Of a DNA stretch of 64,000 nucleotides, positions 50,201 to 62,200 are shown piece by piece. Origin of the DNA: Puniceicoccaceae bacterium. Lineage in GTDB: Bacteria > Verrucomicrobiota > Verrucomicrobiia > Opitutales > Oceanipulchritudinaceae. The notes under the pieces were generated by a model that had not been told where the DNA came from, did no database searches, and was given only the letters and a program-made list of their open reading frames with translations. The stretch lies in the NCBI GenBank assembly GCA_040830765.1, contig JBFOMH010000019.1:128001-192000 (forward strand). The letters run 5' to 3'. The position numbers were made by a program, and so were the translations under genes. Each line of letters begins with the position of its first letter. Within the stretch, counting starts at the first letter, position 1.

Positions 50201-53200
50201 CGAGACATAGAAGGCTTGGCTGGTCGGATCGTAGTCGATGATTGTACCGGCCTGCCCGGCGGCCTGCCCTTCTACAACCTGGATACCTCGTCCGGTCAGC
50301 TCGATGGCGGCAAGATTCGTCGGGTGACCCGGGATGGAAATGATCAACTCGTAATCGAGTCCCGGATAGATGCCGGCATACTGGTATTGCGGGTAGAACT
50401 TGTCGTAGGTGACGACGGAGGATACCCGGATGAGGAACGGTTGTGCCGTGGTCGGCGCTGGAATCAGGTACTCGAGGAAGGGATCATATGGGCTGTTGCT
50501 TCCCTCGTCGACCGGGACAGAGGAATCCGGGACATACTTGGAGGAAGCCAGAATCGAGCCGCTGGTCGGATTGATCAACTCAATGACCGGGCTAATGGTG
50601 TAGTTGACCGTTTCGAGAATCGGCACCGTCTTGTAGACCGGGATGAATCCGAAGAGGTAGTAATCGACGACTTCCTCGTAACCGGTCACGACCTGGAAGC
50701 TGCCCTTGACCAGTTTGGTGTTGTCGATATCGAAAACGGCAAAGACATCGCCACCCCGTTCGGCGCGGAAGGCAAATGGGTTGAGGCCATGACCACCACC
50801 GGGCTTGGTCAGGTCCGGCGCACCGGATGAGCCGTCCTGGTCCTCGATGGTGATGGAAGTATCGGTGGCACTGGCCTTGTAAAGTCCGAGTGCATCCACG
50901 ACCTTGGCCAGTTCGTCCGCCACCGTCTTGAAATTGAGTTCACCGAGCTGTGTTCCCTCCTTGAGGCCGCCCGGGACTTCCCAGAAGTATTCCACGTTAT
51001 TGAGGAAGACCGAGAAGACCTGACCGGCGGAGACATCGCGCAGACCAGCATCCCCTTGCAGGTCGAAGGTGACCGAGAAGAAGTGTGGATCGCCGTCTCC
51101 GGGCCACGTTACAGCCGTGGTAAAGTCTTCTGCACCATTGGAGCTGTCCGGATCGACGAAGGCATGGACGCGGACCCATCTCAGGTCACCGAGTTCGACC
51201 AGGTTACCGTCGGAGCGAACGACCTTTACGGAGCCGTCGGCCTGGGCGGTTGCCGAAAGCACACCGCTGAGCCCGGTCGATGCATCATCAAGGGCCGAAT
51301 CGAGGAAGGCCTTGACGGCATCCGCGATACTGGTGGAAGCGCCGCTGGTGGTGCCAACGGTAAAGGACGGATCCGGGGTTTCCCCGTTGTAGGACAGGAT
51401 AAAGGTGTCACCTGCGTAGAGTGGTGTGGCATACCCGGCCACATCCGGATGGATGATCATTTCCCAAGGCAGCTTGACCGTACCGGAAAGCGTGGCGCTG
51501 GCAGAGACATCGACCGGATCGACAAGCGGTGAAGTGACGGTAAATGAGCCTGGGCCGAAGATGAAGAAGGAAGTACTGGTGAGGGAAACCGTGGAGTAAT
51601 CACCCGTTACCAGGGCCTTAAGGCTGGTTGTCACGGAGGAAAGGCTTGGATTGGTGCCACTGACACCACTCTTCAGCGGGACAGGATAGCTCGGGTCCGT
51701 GCCGGAGCTCAGGTCAAGGCTCCAGGTCTGGCCTTCATAGACGACTCCACCTAGTTCAACGAGATAGGCACGGACACTGGTACCCGACTTGACATTGGTG
51801 TCTGTCGTACCGTTCAGATCCTCAGTGAGGGTTGCCGTGAAGGCGGCCAGGCCGGAGTCGCGCCAGATCGTTAGAATCTTGCTTGATGAGTTGTAATCAG
51901 CCGAGTAGATGGTGCCATCGATTGCGGTTTCCAGGGCGCCTGCCTTGGCATCGACTCCGGTGAGACTGTTGGAGGTAATGTTGATATTACCGATGCCGGT
52001 CAGGGCCAGTATCCAGTCGTCGTTATTGTCTGCCTCAAGGCCACTGCTGAGGTTCAATGTCACATAGGCCGTGCCAGTAGCGTCCAGTGTACCCCCTATC
52101 GGCTGGGCATCGACCTCCAGGTACTGGAAGCCGCGGTTGCCGGTCCAGGTAGACTTGAAGACAAAGGTGATCTTGCCGTTAGAGGAAGCCGTGACCGAGG
52201 TGAATGGATCGCTCGGACCGCTGAGAATATTAAACTTGTTGGCAAGGTCCTCGGCCACGCCGATAACTTCATCGGGCAGTCCGGAATTGATGGTATTGAG
52301 CTGCGTCAACAGGCCGACATTACTGGTCTTTTCAATGTTGGCCACCTTGAGTCTCCAGTCCTCTCCCTGATGCGGCGCGCCCCCAAGGTCGACAGTCAGG
52401 GTGGTCCAATTGATTGCGGTATAGGTCGCGCCAACTGGCAGGGAACCGGTCTGACCGGCAGGGGTGCCGGAGATCTTGGCACTGCCATCCGGATTGATGC
52501 CGGTTGTGGTAATGGAGACCGAGACACCGGCAGCAGCCACCGCATTGAAGGTCACCTTGTCGGCTGATCCGCCAACACTGGAAATGATGCCACTAAAGGC
52601 GGCTGCTCCAAGGGCGGTGCGGATGCCTGCCGCAACCTGATCGGGAGATGTGTAACCAGTAAGGATGCTTGCTCCGGTAGGTGTGGAGGTTGAGTTGATG
52701 GTTACCACCCATGTATCGGCGGCATCGATACCAGAGCCATCAATGTCAATCTCGACATTGCCAAAGAGGATATCGGAGCTTCCAGCGGCATTCTTGGCGG
52801 TTGTTGTCCGGCTGACCGTTCCCGCATTATTCACGGTATGGACAAGCCCGTCGACACTGCCGGCCTCACCACGACCCTTAAGGACAAATCCTCCGCCGAG
52901 GTTGCTCACGGTGAGCGTATTTGTGGTGGCATCGACCGAGTAGCCTTCGATGAATCCGTCGGTCTGGGCATCGAGGATTTCCTGGGCCAGCGCGGCGGCG
53001 ACACCGGCTGCTGAGGAATTGGTGCCATCGACAGTGACGATGAAGTCGCGGTAACCCAGACCCAGCTGATAAGTGTCGCCCACCTCGACCTTGTCGGTCA
53101 ACTGGAAGGTAACCGTGCTGTAATACTGGGAACCATCGGAGCTGCCGGATGCTCCTTCGACCTCGTCCGGATTGGCATCCACGTGGAACTTGTAGATGTC

Positions 53201-56200
53201 GTAGGACCAGTCACCGGTACCGACCACCTTGACATACGGTGTGGTGTAGTCGATTCCCGGACGATCACCCGGCTCGCCAGCGAGGTGGATGTTGCCCACG
53301 GCAGGATCGTAGAAAGTGAAGAAGCTCGAACCGTCGGAACCATCGCCATCCAGTTCCTGCCCGGTGGAGGAATCAATGGCGCCGCTCTGGTTGTTACCGA
53401 ATTCATCTTCGAGCACCGGCTCGGGAGCGAAGATAAAGGAATCCTCGGCATGCTGTTCAATGGAGAAGTGCAGTTCGTAGTCGACCCCTTCCGGGACCCC
53501 GTCGATACCGACAGGCCAGGCTGCCGTGACCTCAACGTAGTACGTACCCGGTGTCTCAATGAAGTAGGACAACTGGCTGTCATAGAAGTAGCTGCTACCC
53601 GGATCCAGCGTCCAGCTGAACCAGGAACCTTCCTCGAGGAGGGTCGGCGTGCGGGGCTGATCCGGATCCAGTGGATCGACCAGTTCGTACAGCTTGAGCT
53701 GGCTGGCCCAGAACTGGGAATCGCCGATATCGAATCCGTGGTCGATGTCGAAGAAGACTTCCAAGCCCTTGTATCCAACGGTGCTACCGCTGTTCTCGGA
53801 CTTGTAGGCCTCCACCGATGCCTCGTACATTTCCTCGGTGACCTCGAAGGAATAGAAGTCCGCATTGCCGTCACCCGTGCCAAGAATGGTAGTGTGCGGC
53901 AGGAGATTGGACTTGTAGATATTGGCCACGAAAGTGGTATTCCACTTGGAGGTATCGATATCCTGCGGGATGAAGACAGAGTCATGAACCTCTTCCTGTT
54001 CCTCGCCGATGGAGGTGCCGAAGTCGCCCACAAAAATGACCGCATAGGTGCTGCCATCGGAAACCAGCTCGACCTTGATGAAGATACTGAAGGTCTCGCC
54101 GCCACCGGTCTTGTCGACTTCAATGTATTCGCCGGAAGATGTGGCCGTGTAATCGGTCAAGGCATCAATTTGTCCCGCAAGGGCACTCGCAATTGCGGTA
54201 AAGGAGGTGCCGATGATGGGTGTTGCTGTGCTGACAGAGGTACCCGTTTCATCAACGAGGTGGGCCGTCCAGCGCATGTTCGTGGTCGGTTGCTCAGGCT
54301 GGATTCCGTCGAGGGTCGCATTGGTATCTTCCGGAGAGAGACCGAGGCGGAAGCGGGCGAGGTCAGTCTGGGTCGGGAAGCCATTGCCAAGGAGGACCAA
54401 CTCCGTCGGCTCGATGACATCGGTTGACTCGAGGGACTGGATAACGAGTACGCCCGGAGCGTCGTTGTCGGCAACAATGACGTCGATGGAGTTTGGTACG
54501 GTGACTTCACGGTTTTCACCAACCACATACTTGTACTCGACGGTGTTGAGGTCTTCGCCCGCCGTCACGGAAACATCGCTCTGGGCATCGACCTCGGCCT
54601 CAGCAGGCAGGGTGATGACAAGATCCAGCGTGAAGGCTCCAAAGCGCTCGACCTGGATGCTGGCCGTGTCGTCGTCCAGTTCGGTAGTCCCGCCATCGTT
54701 ATAGGTAACGGAGGCTGAGTAACCGGTGAAGGCGTCAATCTGGGTTTCCAGATCGTCAACGATGTCCTGCAAGGTCTCATCCTCACCGACGGTATAGCTG
54801 GCCTGCACACCCCAACCCATCGCAGTGAGGTCGATGGTGTACGTTTCGCCTTCTTCCGGTGCGCCGTTGAGGCTGACCGATTGGACATCCGGGCTGGCGC
54901 CGAGGATGAGCGTCCAGGCCGACCCCTCGGCATAGGCGAAGGTATCATTGGTGAAGTCGACGTGGGTCAGCTGGTAAACAAGCTTGGCGTAGTGGGTCGG
55001 GCTTTCGAGGGACTCACCCGTGCTGTGGGCCTTGGCGCTGCCTCCGGAATCCGTAACATCGACTTGGGAAGCAGACTCGGCCAGCAGGACATCCAAGCTG
55101 AATGGCGTGCCATCGGTGGTGAAGATGACCACGGATTCGCCAGTTGTGCTTCCATCTATCTCAGCACTGCTCTGGACGGTGCTACCGGTCACGGAGATGC
55201 GGATTGAGAAGTAATCCGTGCCCTTGTTGACCGTAAATTCAGTACCCGTCGGATCGGTTGCGGTAAAGTCGGTCAACTCGTCAATCTTGTCGGACAACTG
55301 GGTTGCGATGTGACTCAAGTTGTTGCCGCTTTCCACGGTGTAGGAAACCTCGATGCTGTTGTCCAAGGTCACGGTCCAGACATCTCCCTTGAGCGGGGTG
55401 CCCTTCAATTCGACATCAGCGGTGGTGAACTTGGTGGCAAAGCGGGTTCCACTGAGGTTGATGACGTTGCTCAGCCCATTGGCAACATCCTGCAGGGTCT
55501 CTGCGGAGGCCGTTGTGCCCTGGCGGGTGTAGCGGAATTCCGTGTCATCGAGGGTGACAATCCAGACCGAGCCGGTAACATCATCAACGGCTGTGTCATC
55601 AAGGGTGACATCCGCCACGTTCCAGGCCTTGACGCTGTCGGCCGTGACGATCTGGAAGCCGAGGGCAGTCTCGCCACTGAAGGTGGCCCGGCCCTCGGAC
55701 TCACCAGAGGCGTAGAAATTGACCTTGAGGAACTTGTTGTTGGAACTGGAAAGTTCGATCGATGTGCCGTCCAATGAGGCGTCGACACCATCCTGCCCGT
55801 CAATCTTGCCGACCAGGGCGGAGGCGATCGTGGCGAGTGTATCATCAACATCAACTGTATGGAAGAAGGCCCGGCCATTGATCGTAACAACCCAGGTTTC
55901 CCCTTCTGCCGGTGTGCCGGCAAGGTCAATATCGACAGCCGTAAACGGTGTCAGCAGGTTGCCCTGGAAGGCAGGACCAGTGATTTCCACCGTATCCGTT
56001 CCGGAATCACCTTCATAATCGGTGTCGATGTTGCCATCGATGATATTGGCGATGCCGTCGACGACGTTGTTCTTTGTCACGCCGAGGAAGAACTCCATGT
56101 CGCTCTCGGATATGCGGTGATTAATCCGGGCGTAGTGTGTCCCCTCCTTGGCGTTGTCATTGACGGCACGGACAACCACTTCCTTGGGCTGATCCCAATC

Positions 56201-59200
56201 CGTCTGGTCGAAGGTCACGGTCACGGCACCTTGTACCGGAACGCCGTCGACCTCGGTGATGGTCTGGGTATCACCGTCAATTTCCGTAATGAGGACATTG
56301 CTGTTCGGAGTGAGGGTGATTTCGACCTGACCGGTCGGCCGCTTGGTCAGGACAATCCAGTAATTATCAGACTGGAGGAATCCCGGTGCATCTGGATCAG
56401 AGCCGGCTGCGACGGTGAATTCCCAATCGCCGCCTTCCCCGACGATCGGGGAGAAGATGCTTGCCGAGTCCACACTGGTACCATCGTGACCGGCAATGAG
56501 GACGGCTGCCGAATCGTCATCGACCACAGTGGCCACGACCCCAAGGATGGCCAATCCGTCATAGGCGCCACCATCAGCGGCACTGGCTCCCTGCTGGGTG
56601 CGGTGGACAATGGTGTACCCGTTGGTTCCCTCGGCCAAGTTATCAGCCGGGGCAAAGACAAAGACTTCCTGCGGAACGAACCAGTCCTGGCGGGTAAAGG
56701 TCAGGGTGAGGCCGTTCTCGTCCGGTGTGCCCGAGTCGCTGGTGGACAGGCCAACGCCCTTTCCACCTGCGGCGAGGACACTTTCACGGATGGCCACCGG
56801 AGCAGCGGTGACAAGGACCGTTTCTTCGGGTGAACGGGTCAGGACGACCTGGTAGGACTGGACTACCAGTGCGACTCCGCCACTTTCAAAGACCCGGATC
56901 GGGCCCATGGTCGAAAGGACCACTACATCCGCTTCATCGTTATCGCGCACATCAGCCGAGACATCCCGGACAAAGACGTTCTTGTATTCCGGATCGTCAG
57001 TGGTTGTGGTCTGGATGACAAGGCCGCTGTGCCCCTCGAGATTGTTACTGACGACGGTAACCTCGCGGCCGCCACTGCCACCGATGCTGAAGTTGTCGCT
57101 ACCCAGCCCGCCAACAACTTCGAGGGAAACTTCCTCGCTGGTACTCTCGATGAAGAAGCGGTCATTCCCCTCGATGGCGTCGACGACGATGCGCTCAAGC
57201 CCGCTGTAGGTAACAAACAGACCGGCCCCGTAGACTCCCTGTTCGTTAATGACAAAGTCATCACCAAACTCAGTGCCAATCACGGTCAAAGTATCGAATC
57301 CGTCACCACCCTCAATCCGGACCGGGGCATTCACGGTAAAGGAAATGAAGTCAGCACCCTGGCCGCCGTTGATGTTGGTGAACGGTGCCTTGGGATCGTT
57401 CGGATCGACCTTGACGAAGGCCCGGACGGTAAAGGTGTCATCATCCTCATCCCCAAAGAGGAAGAGCTCGGCCTTGTTGCTGTAGACCGTAAAGTTGTCA
57501 TTGCCGGTGCCGCCGAAGAGGGTCGAGCTGAAGCTGATACCATTGGACAGGAAGCCGCGGGTAATCTGGGTGGTCTCGAAGTAGTCTTCCTCGGCGAGGC
57601 CATTATCAGGATTGTTGCCATCCCGGAAGGATTCGAAGACCTGTCCGATCTGGAAGGTGTCGTTACCGGCATCACCGAAGACCGTGACCGGGGCCAGGTT
57701 GTCATCAAGGACGAAGACGTCATCGGCATCCCGGCCAAAGACTTCGACCGCACCATTGATGTCGTAGTCGTAGTTGATGCGTTCGATGACACCACCGGGG
57801 ACCGGTTCGCGGTTTTCATCAACCTCGATAGCGGCAACCATACCCTGGCCAATCTCCTTGTTGGCCCGGAAGAGGAAGTAGTCGACTTCGTTGGTGCCGT
57901 AGATGCGCAGGCGGTCGATGCCCGGATCGCCGCGGGACTCGTCGAAGACATTGATACGGGAGGAAATGCGCCCAGCGAGGCCGATTTCGTATTTGTCACT
58001 GCCCTGCTGGCCATGGAGGGTCAGTTCGCCGTCGATACCGCTTTCAAAGGTCTGCTTGCCACTGCGGTCGTAGTTGACCCGAATGATGTCGTTCCCGTTA
58101 CCGGCACTGACAGTAGTCGTACCGGAAATGCTACGGATGTTCACGACATCGTTAACGCCATTGATAACCGGTGATTCATCGCCCATGTCGATGGTGGTGA
58201 CACCGGTGTGGGTTGAATCGAGGAAGAAGGCGTTGTCATTGTCGCTGAGCCAGATGCGCAGGAGTTCGAAGCTGGTGTAGTTGACTCCCAGGGTCATGCC
58301 CATGCCGAGGATTTCGTCACGGGTCAGCTCGCCTGCCTCACGCTCGGTATCACCGGCATCGTAAATCTTCAGGGTATCGGCGGTCCCTTCCCCACCCTCG
58401 ATGGTCAGGCGTCCAAGGATAGCATTGACGTTGCCGTCGAGGGCATCGATCAGGGTACTGGTCTGGCCGAGTTGTCCGGCTGTGCTACCGACACGGACAG
58501 TGTCATTACCATCACCGGTGGAGAGGTTGAGATTCCCGTCGACGCTTTCGATATTGATGATGTCATCACCACCGAGACTGGTCAGGTTCGTGATCGAGTT
58601 ACCCGCGTGGGTGCTCTCCACGGTGAAGTAGTTCCCGACACCATCAAGATGGATGTTGAGCACTTCCAGCGTGCTGTAGGTGACGCCGCCGTTCGGGCCG
58701 AAGAGCAGATTGCTGGTACCGGCCACGTTGTTGCGCAAGGTCGTGGCGGTAAGGGTACCATGATTGATCGGAATCAGGTCAGTATCCCCGGAGTCGTCAA
58801 AGGAGACGATGTCCTCGTCAAAACTGCCTTGGCCGTTGATGGTCATCGGTGCCCTGATATTGTCGAGAACACCCCGGACAAAACCATCGGCTGACGGATC
58901 ATCGACACCATCAACCGTTGCCGTACTGCCGACGTTGACAATGTCACTGCCCGCACCGGTGTTCAGGATGGTGTTGGTATGGATAGCCTGGACAGCGATC
59001 CGGTCGTCACCGCCCCGGGTATCAATTTCCACATTTTCAACACCCGTATGCGTGATGAGCATCGAGGAGACAGTACTGGCTTCAATCTGGCCCTTGGTGT
59101 CCAGAACCGGCACTGTCAGGGTCATCCAGTCGGCAGAGTCGGTACCGGTTACGACGAGGCGGTCACTGCTGTCAGAGACGGTACTGTCGATGTGGACCTG

Positions 59201-62200
59201 GGCGACACTGTCGAGCGGCATGGTGAGGAGATAGTGCTCCGGATTGCCACTGCTGTTGCCCTGATTGTCGAGGTGGGCTTCGCCGCGCCAGTTGACCACT
59301 GAAAGTGTTGTTCCGGCGACGCGGATGGAACGGTCGAGGTCGTTGACGACGATGGTATTGTTGCCACCCATGCCATTGATCCAGGCAATCTCGAACTGAC
59401 TGGCGATGTCCTCGACAATGGTTCCTGAGGCCCAGCGATCGCCTGGGTCGAAGAGCTCGCTGGCAGCGTTCTTGCCAACCGCAAACTGACCGGACCCGGC
59501 GCTGTTTTGCAGGGTGCCGACTACCAGTTTGTCATCGAAGAGACCGATATCGGAATCGAACTGCTCAACGAGGATATCCGCGGAACCGGAGGAATCGATG
59601 AGGATGTCCTTCGAGAGTCCGCCAGTGACGGTGTCGTTACCGGCACCGGAATCAATAAAGTCTTCAAACTGCGAGCCGATGATGCGGTCGTCATTATCGC
59701 CACCAAAGAGGCGCAGGGCAGCGTAATTTGTCGTCAGGCCGGCGATGACTGGATCAGCGAAGATCAGGTCGTTGCCTTCTGCGGTATCGACGTTGACTGT
59801 ATCGCCCTCGGCCCGGACCGAGTCAGATATGACGATCCTGTAGAGTTCGCTTCCAGCAGCGTTGGGCATGAAGAGCGGCGACCCGTCGATTGTGTAACTG
59901 TCATAGAAGGTCAGGCTCATGCCCGGGTAGTTATCCCAGTCGCTGTCGCTGATCCTGATGTAGTCTGCAAGGGCGTTACCGTTGATGGTGATGGTGTCGG
60001 CAACCTGGTCCGGGCTGACATTGACAACGGGTTGTTCGACCAGTTGACCATTGACTTCAACAAGCTCGATACCGCCCTCGGTAACAATCTTGCCGGCACT
60101 GATGTTGACCAGGTCGAGGCCGGAACCGTTGAGGTGATTCACGGTGAAGGTATCGGCAGCACCACGGCCCTCGATGACCAGGGATTCAAAGCCCTTGCCA
60201 ATAATGGAACCTTCAGGTGTGCCGCCCTGGACATTGACCAGCTTGAACTTGTCGCCGAGGAGGGAGGAGAGTTCAAAATTGTCCTCGGTCTTGATGCCGT
60301 AGACGCGAAGTTCATCCCCAACCGTGTCGGGCAGGGACTGGCCGTCTGATCCACCTTCAATCTTGACCAGCTCAAGGGCGACATAATCCCAGTGGATGAC
60401 ATCATTACCGGCATCACCATAGATTTCATCGATGCCGCCGCGGCCGTCGATTTCATCATCACCAGTGCCACCGCGGATAACATCGTTACCGGCTCCACCA
60501 AAGATGATGTCGTTTCCGGCTCCGCCGTCGATGGTGGCGCTGCCCGTTCCGTCGAAGACGATGTAGTCAAAGCCACTTCCACCAAAGATGGTGGCATTGA
60601 TACTGGTCGGGGCCGTGTAGAAGTAATCGTCACCAGCATCACCGTAGAGAACGGCGGAACCCTTGCCTTCGTAGATGACGACATCATTGCCGCCACCGCC
60701 GTGGAACTCGATATCCGAGACAACATCCGGTCCGATGTAGATGTGGTCATCGCCCGGACCTGCGTAGGCAACGATCTTCTTGACCCCGCGGAACTGGGTT
60801 TCACGGCCACTGAAGAGAACCTTGATGGTTTCCCCGGTTTCGTCACCGCCAACATGCTCGATCTTGTACAGTTCGGCCCCTTCGCCTTCACCGATACCAC
60901 GGATGGTATTGCGATCACCCATGTTGAGATAGAGGACCCCATTGGCCGCCACCGGATCCCAGACCCGGAAGTCACCAGTCGGATTACCGGCAAGGTAGAC
61001 CTTACGCGGCAGCTCGATGTAGCCAAGGGTGAAGCTCATGCTGACCGAGACGGAGAAGAAGAGGAATTCAACTTCTGCACTGGCCCGGACAATGATCGGC
61101 ACGCGGCCTTCGCCTGAAGCAGTGACGCTGGCGGAAATGGTTACCCCGGCAAAGGTGATGCCGAAGGCCCGCAGCTTGGCCCCACCGGAGAATTCGACGA
61201 GGAAGAAGAATTCGGTCAGGCCCGGGGTGCCGATGACTTCGCGTTCACCAAAGGCGACCCGGAAGTGGAAGCTGGCCTTGAGCCCGAAGCTGTCCGTACC
61301 GAGGGTCAGGCCACCATCAAGGGATATGTCGAAGTGGCCCTTGTAGTTGAACATGCCATAGGCGGAAAGCGTGACCAGGCCGAAGAAGTCCATGCTGGCA
61401 TTGAACTCGACGCGCCATGAGCCAGCCCCTTCATATCCGACCTCAAGGATGAATCCGGCATCGAACTTGAGAACCTCGAGGAAGGAAACGGAGCCATTGA
61501 GGGCAATGAGGAAACTGTTGGGAGCCATCGTGATGCCGACGAGTGTCCTCGAGGCGCCGGTGGTGTTGAGCTGCAGCTTGCCGGAGGCTTTAATCTTGAT
61601 GACTTCGAATATATTGACGTCCAGGCTGACATCGAGGAGGAGCGCCAGTCCGGGATTGGAATCCGTGTAGATGGCCGCCCCACCCTTTGCCGAGACGGTT
61701 ATCGGACCCAGTTCGATATCAATTTCAAATTCGATGGAGAAGACGTTGGCCTGCATCGTAATGATGATGCTTCCGGAGGCCGAGGCCAGTCCGAGGAAGG
61801 TCACCGAGCCACGCATACCCAGCTTGAAGCCTGCCTTGACGACAACTGTTTCCCCGTCCGCGGTGGTCAGGGTCTTCTCCTGCAGACCGCCGATGTAAAG
61901 TTCTAATGTTGCTTCAACGCTGAAGCTGAGCCCGATATCGCCACCGAAGCCGGCACCGATCGAGAGGTCCACGTAGGCGGCGAATCCGTCGCCATCGACC
62001 TGGAAGACCGCATCGATATCGAATTCACCGATACCAAACAGCTTCATCGTCGCGGAAGCGCGAATCTCAATGCTGAATGGATCCGGGCGGAAGACGAATT
62101 CAAAGCGGCCCTCAATATCAATGACCGGACCCAGGCGCAGGTGACCCTGCAGGACCAGGCGGAGACCGGACTGGATGGTCACATCCCCGAAGAGGAAGAA

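Noticed and set aside
30600..55950. LysM assignment for YTVxxGDTLxxIA motifs
   Set aside because: The first strand and helix resemble LysM, but the units are ~95 aa with extra strands and lack the LysM N...L.PGQ.L ending.
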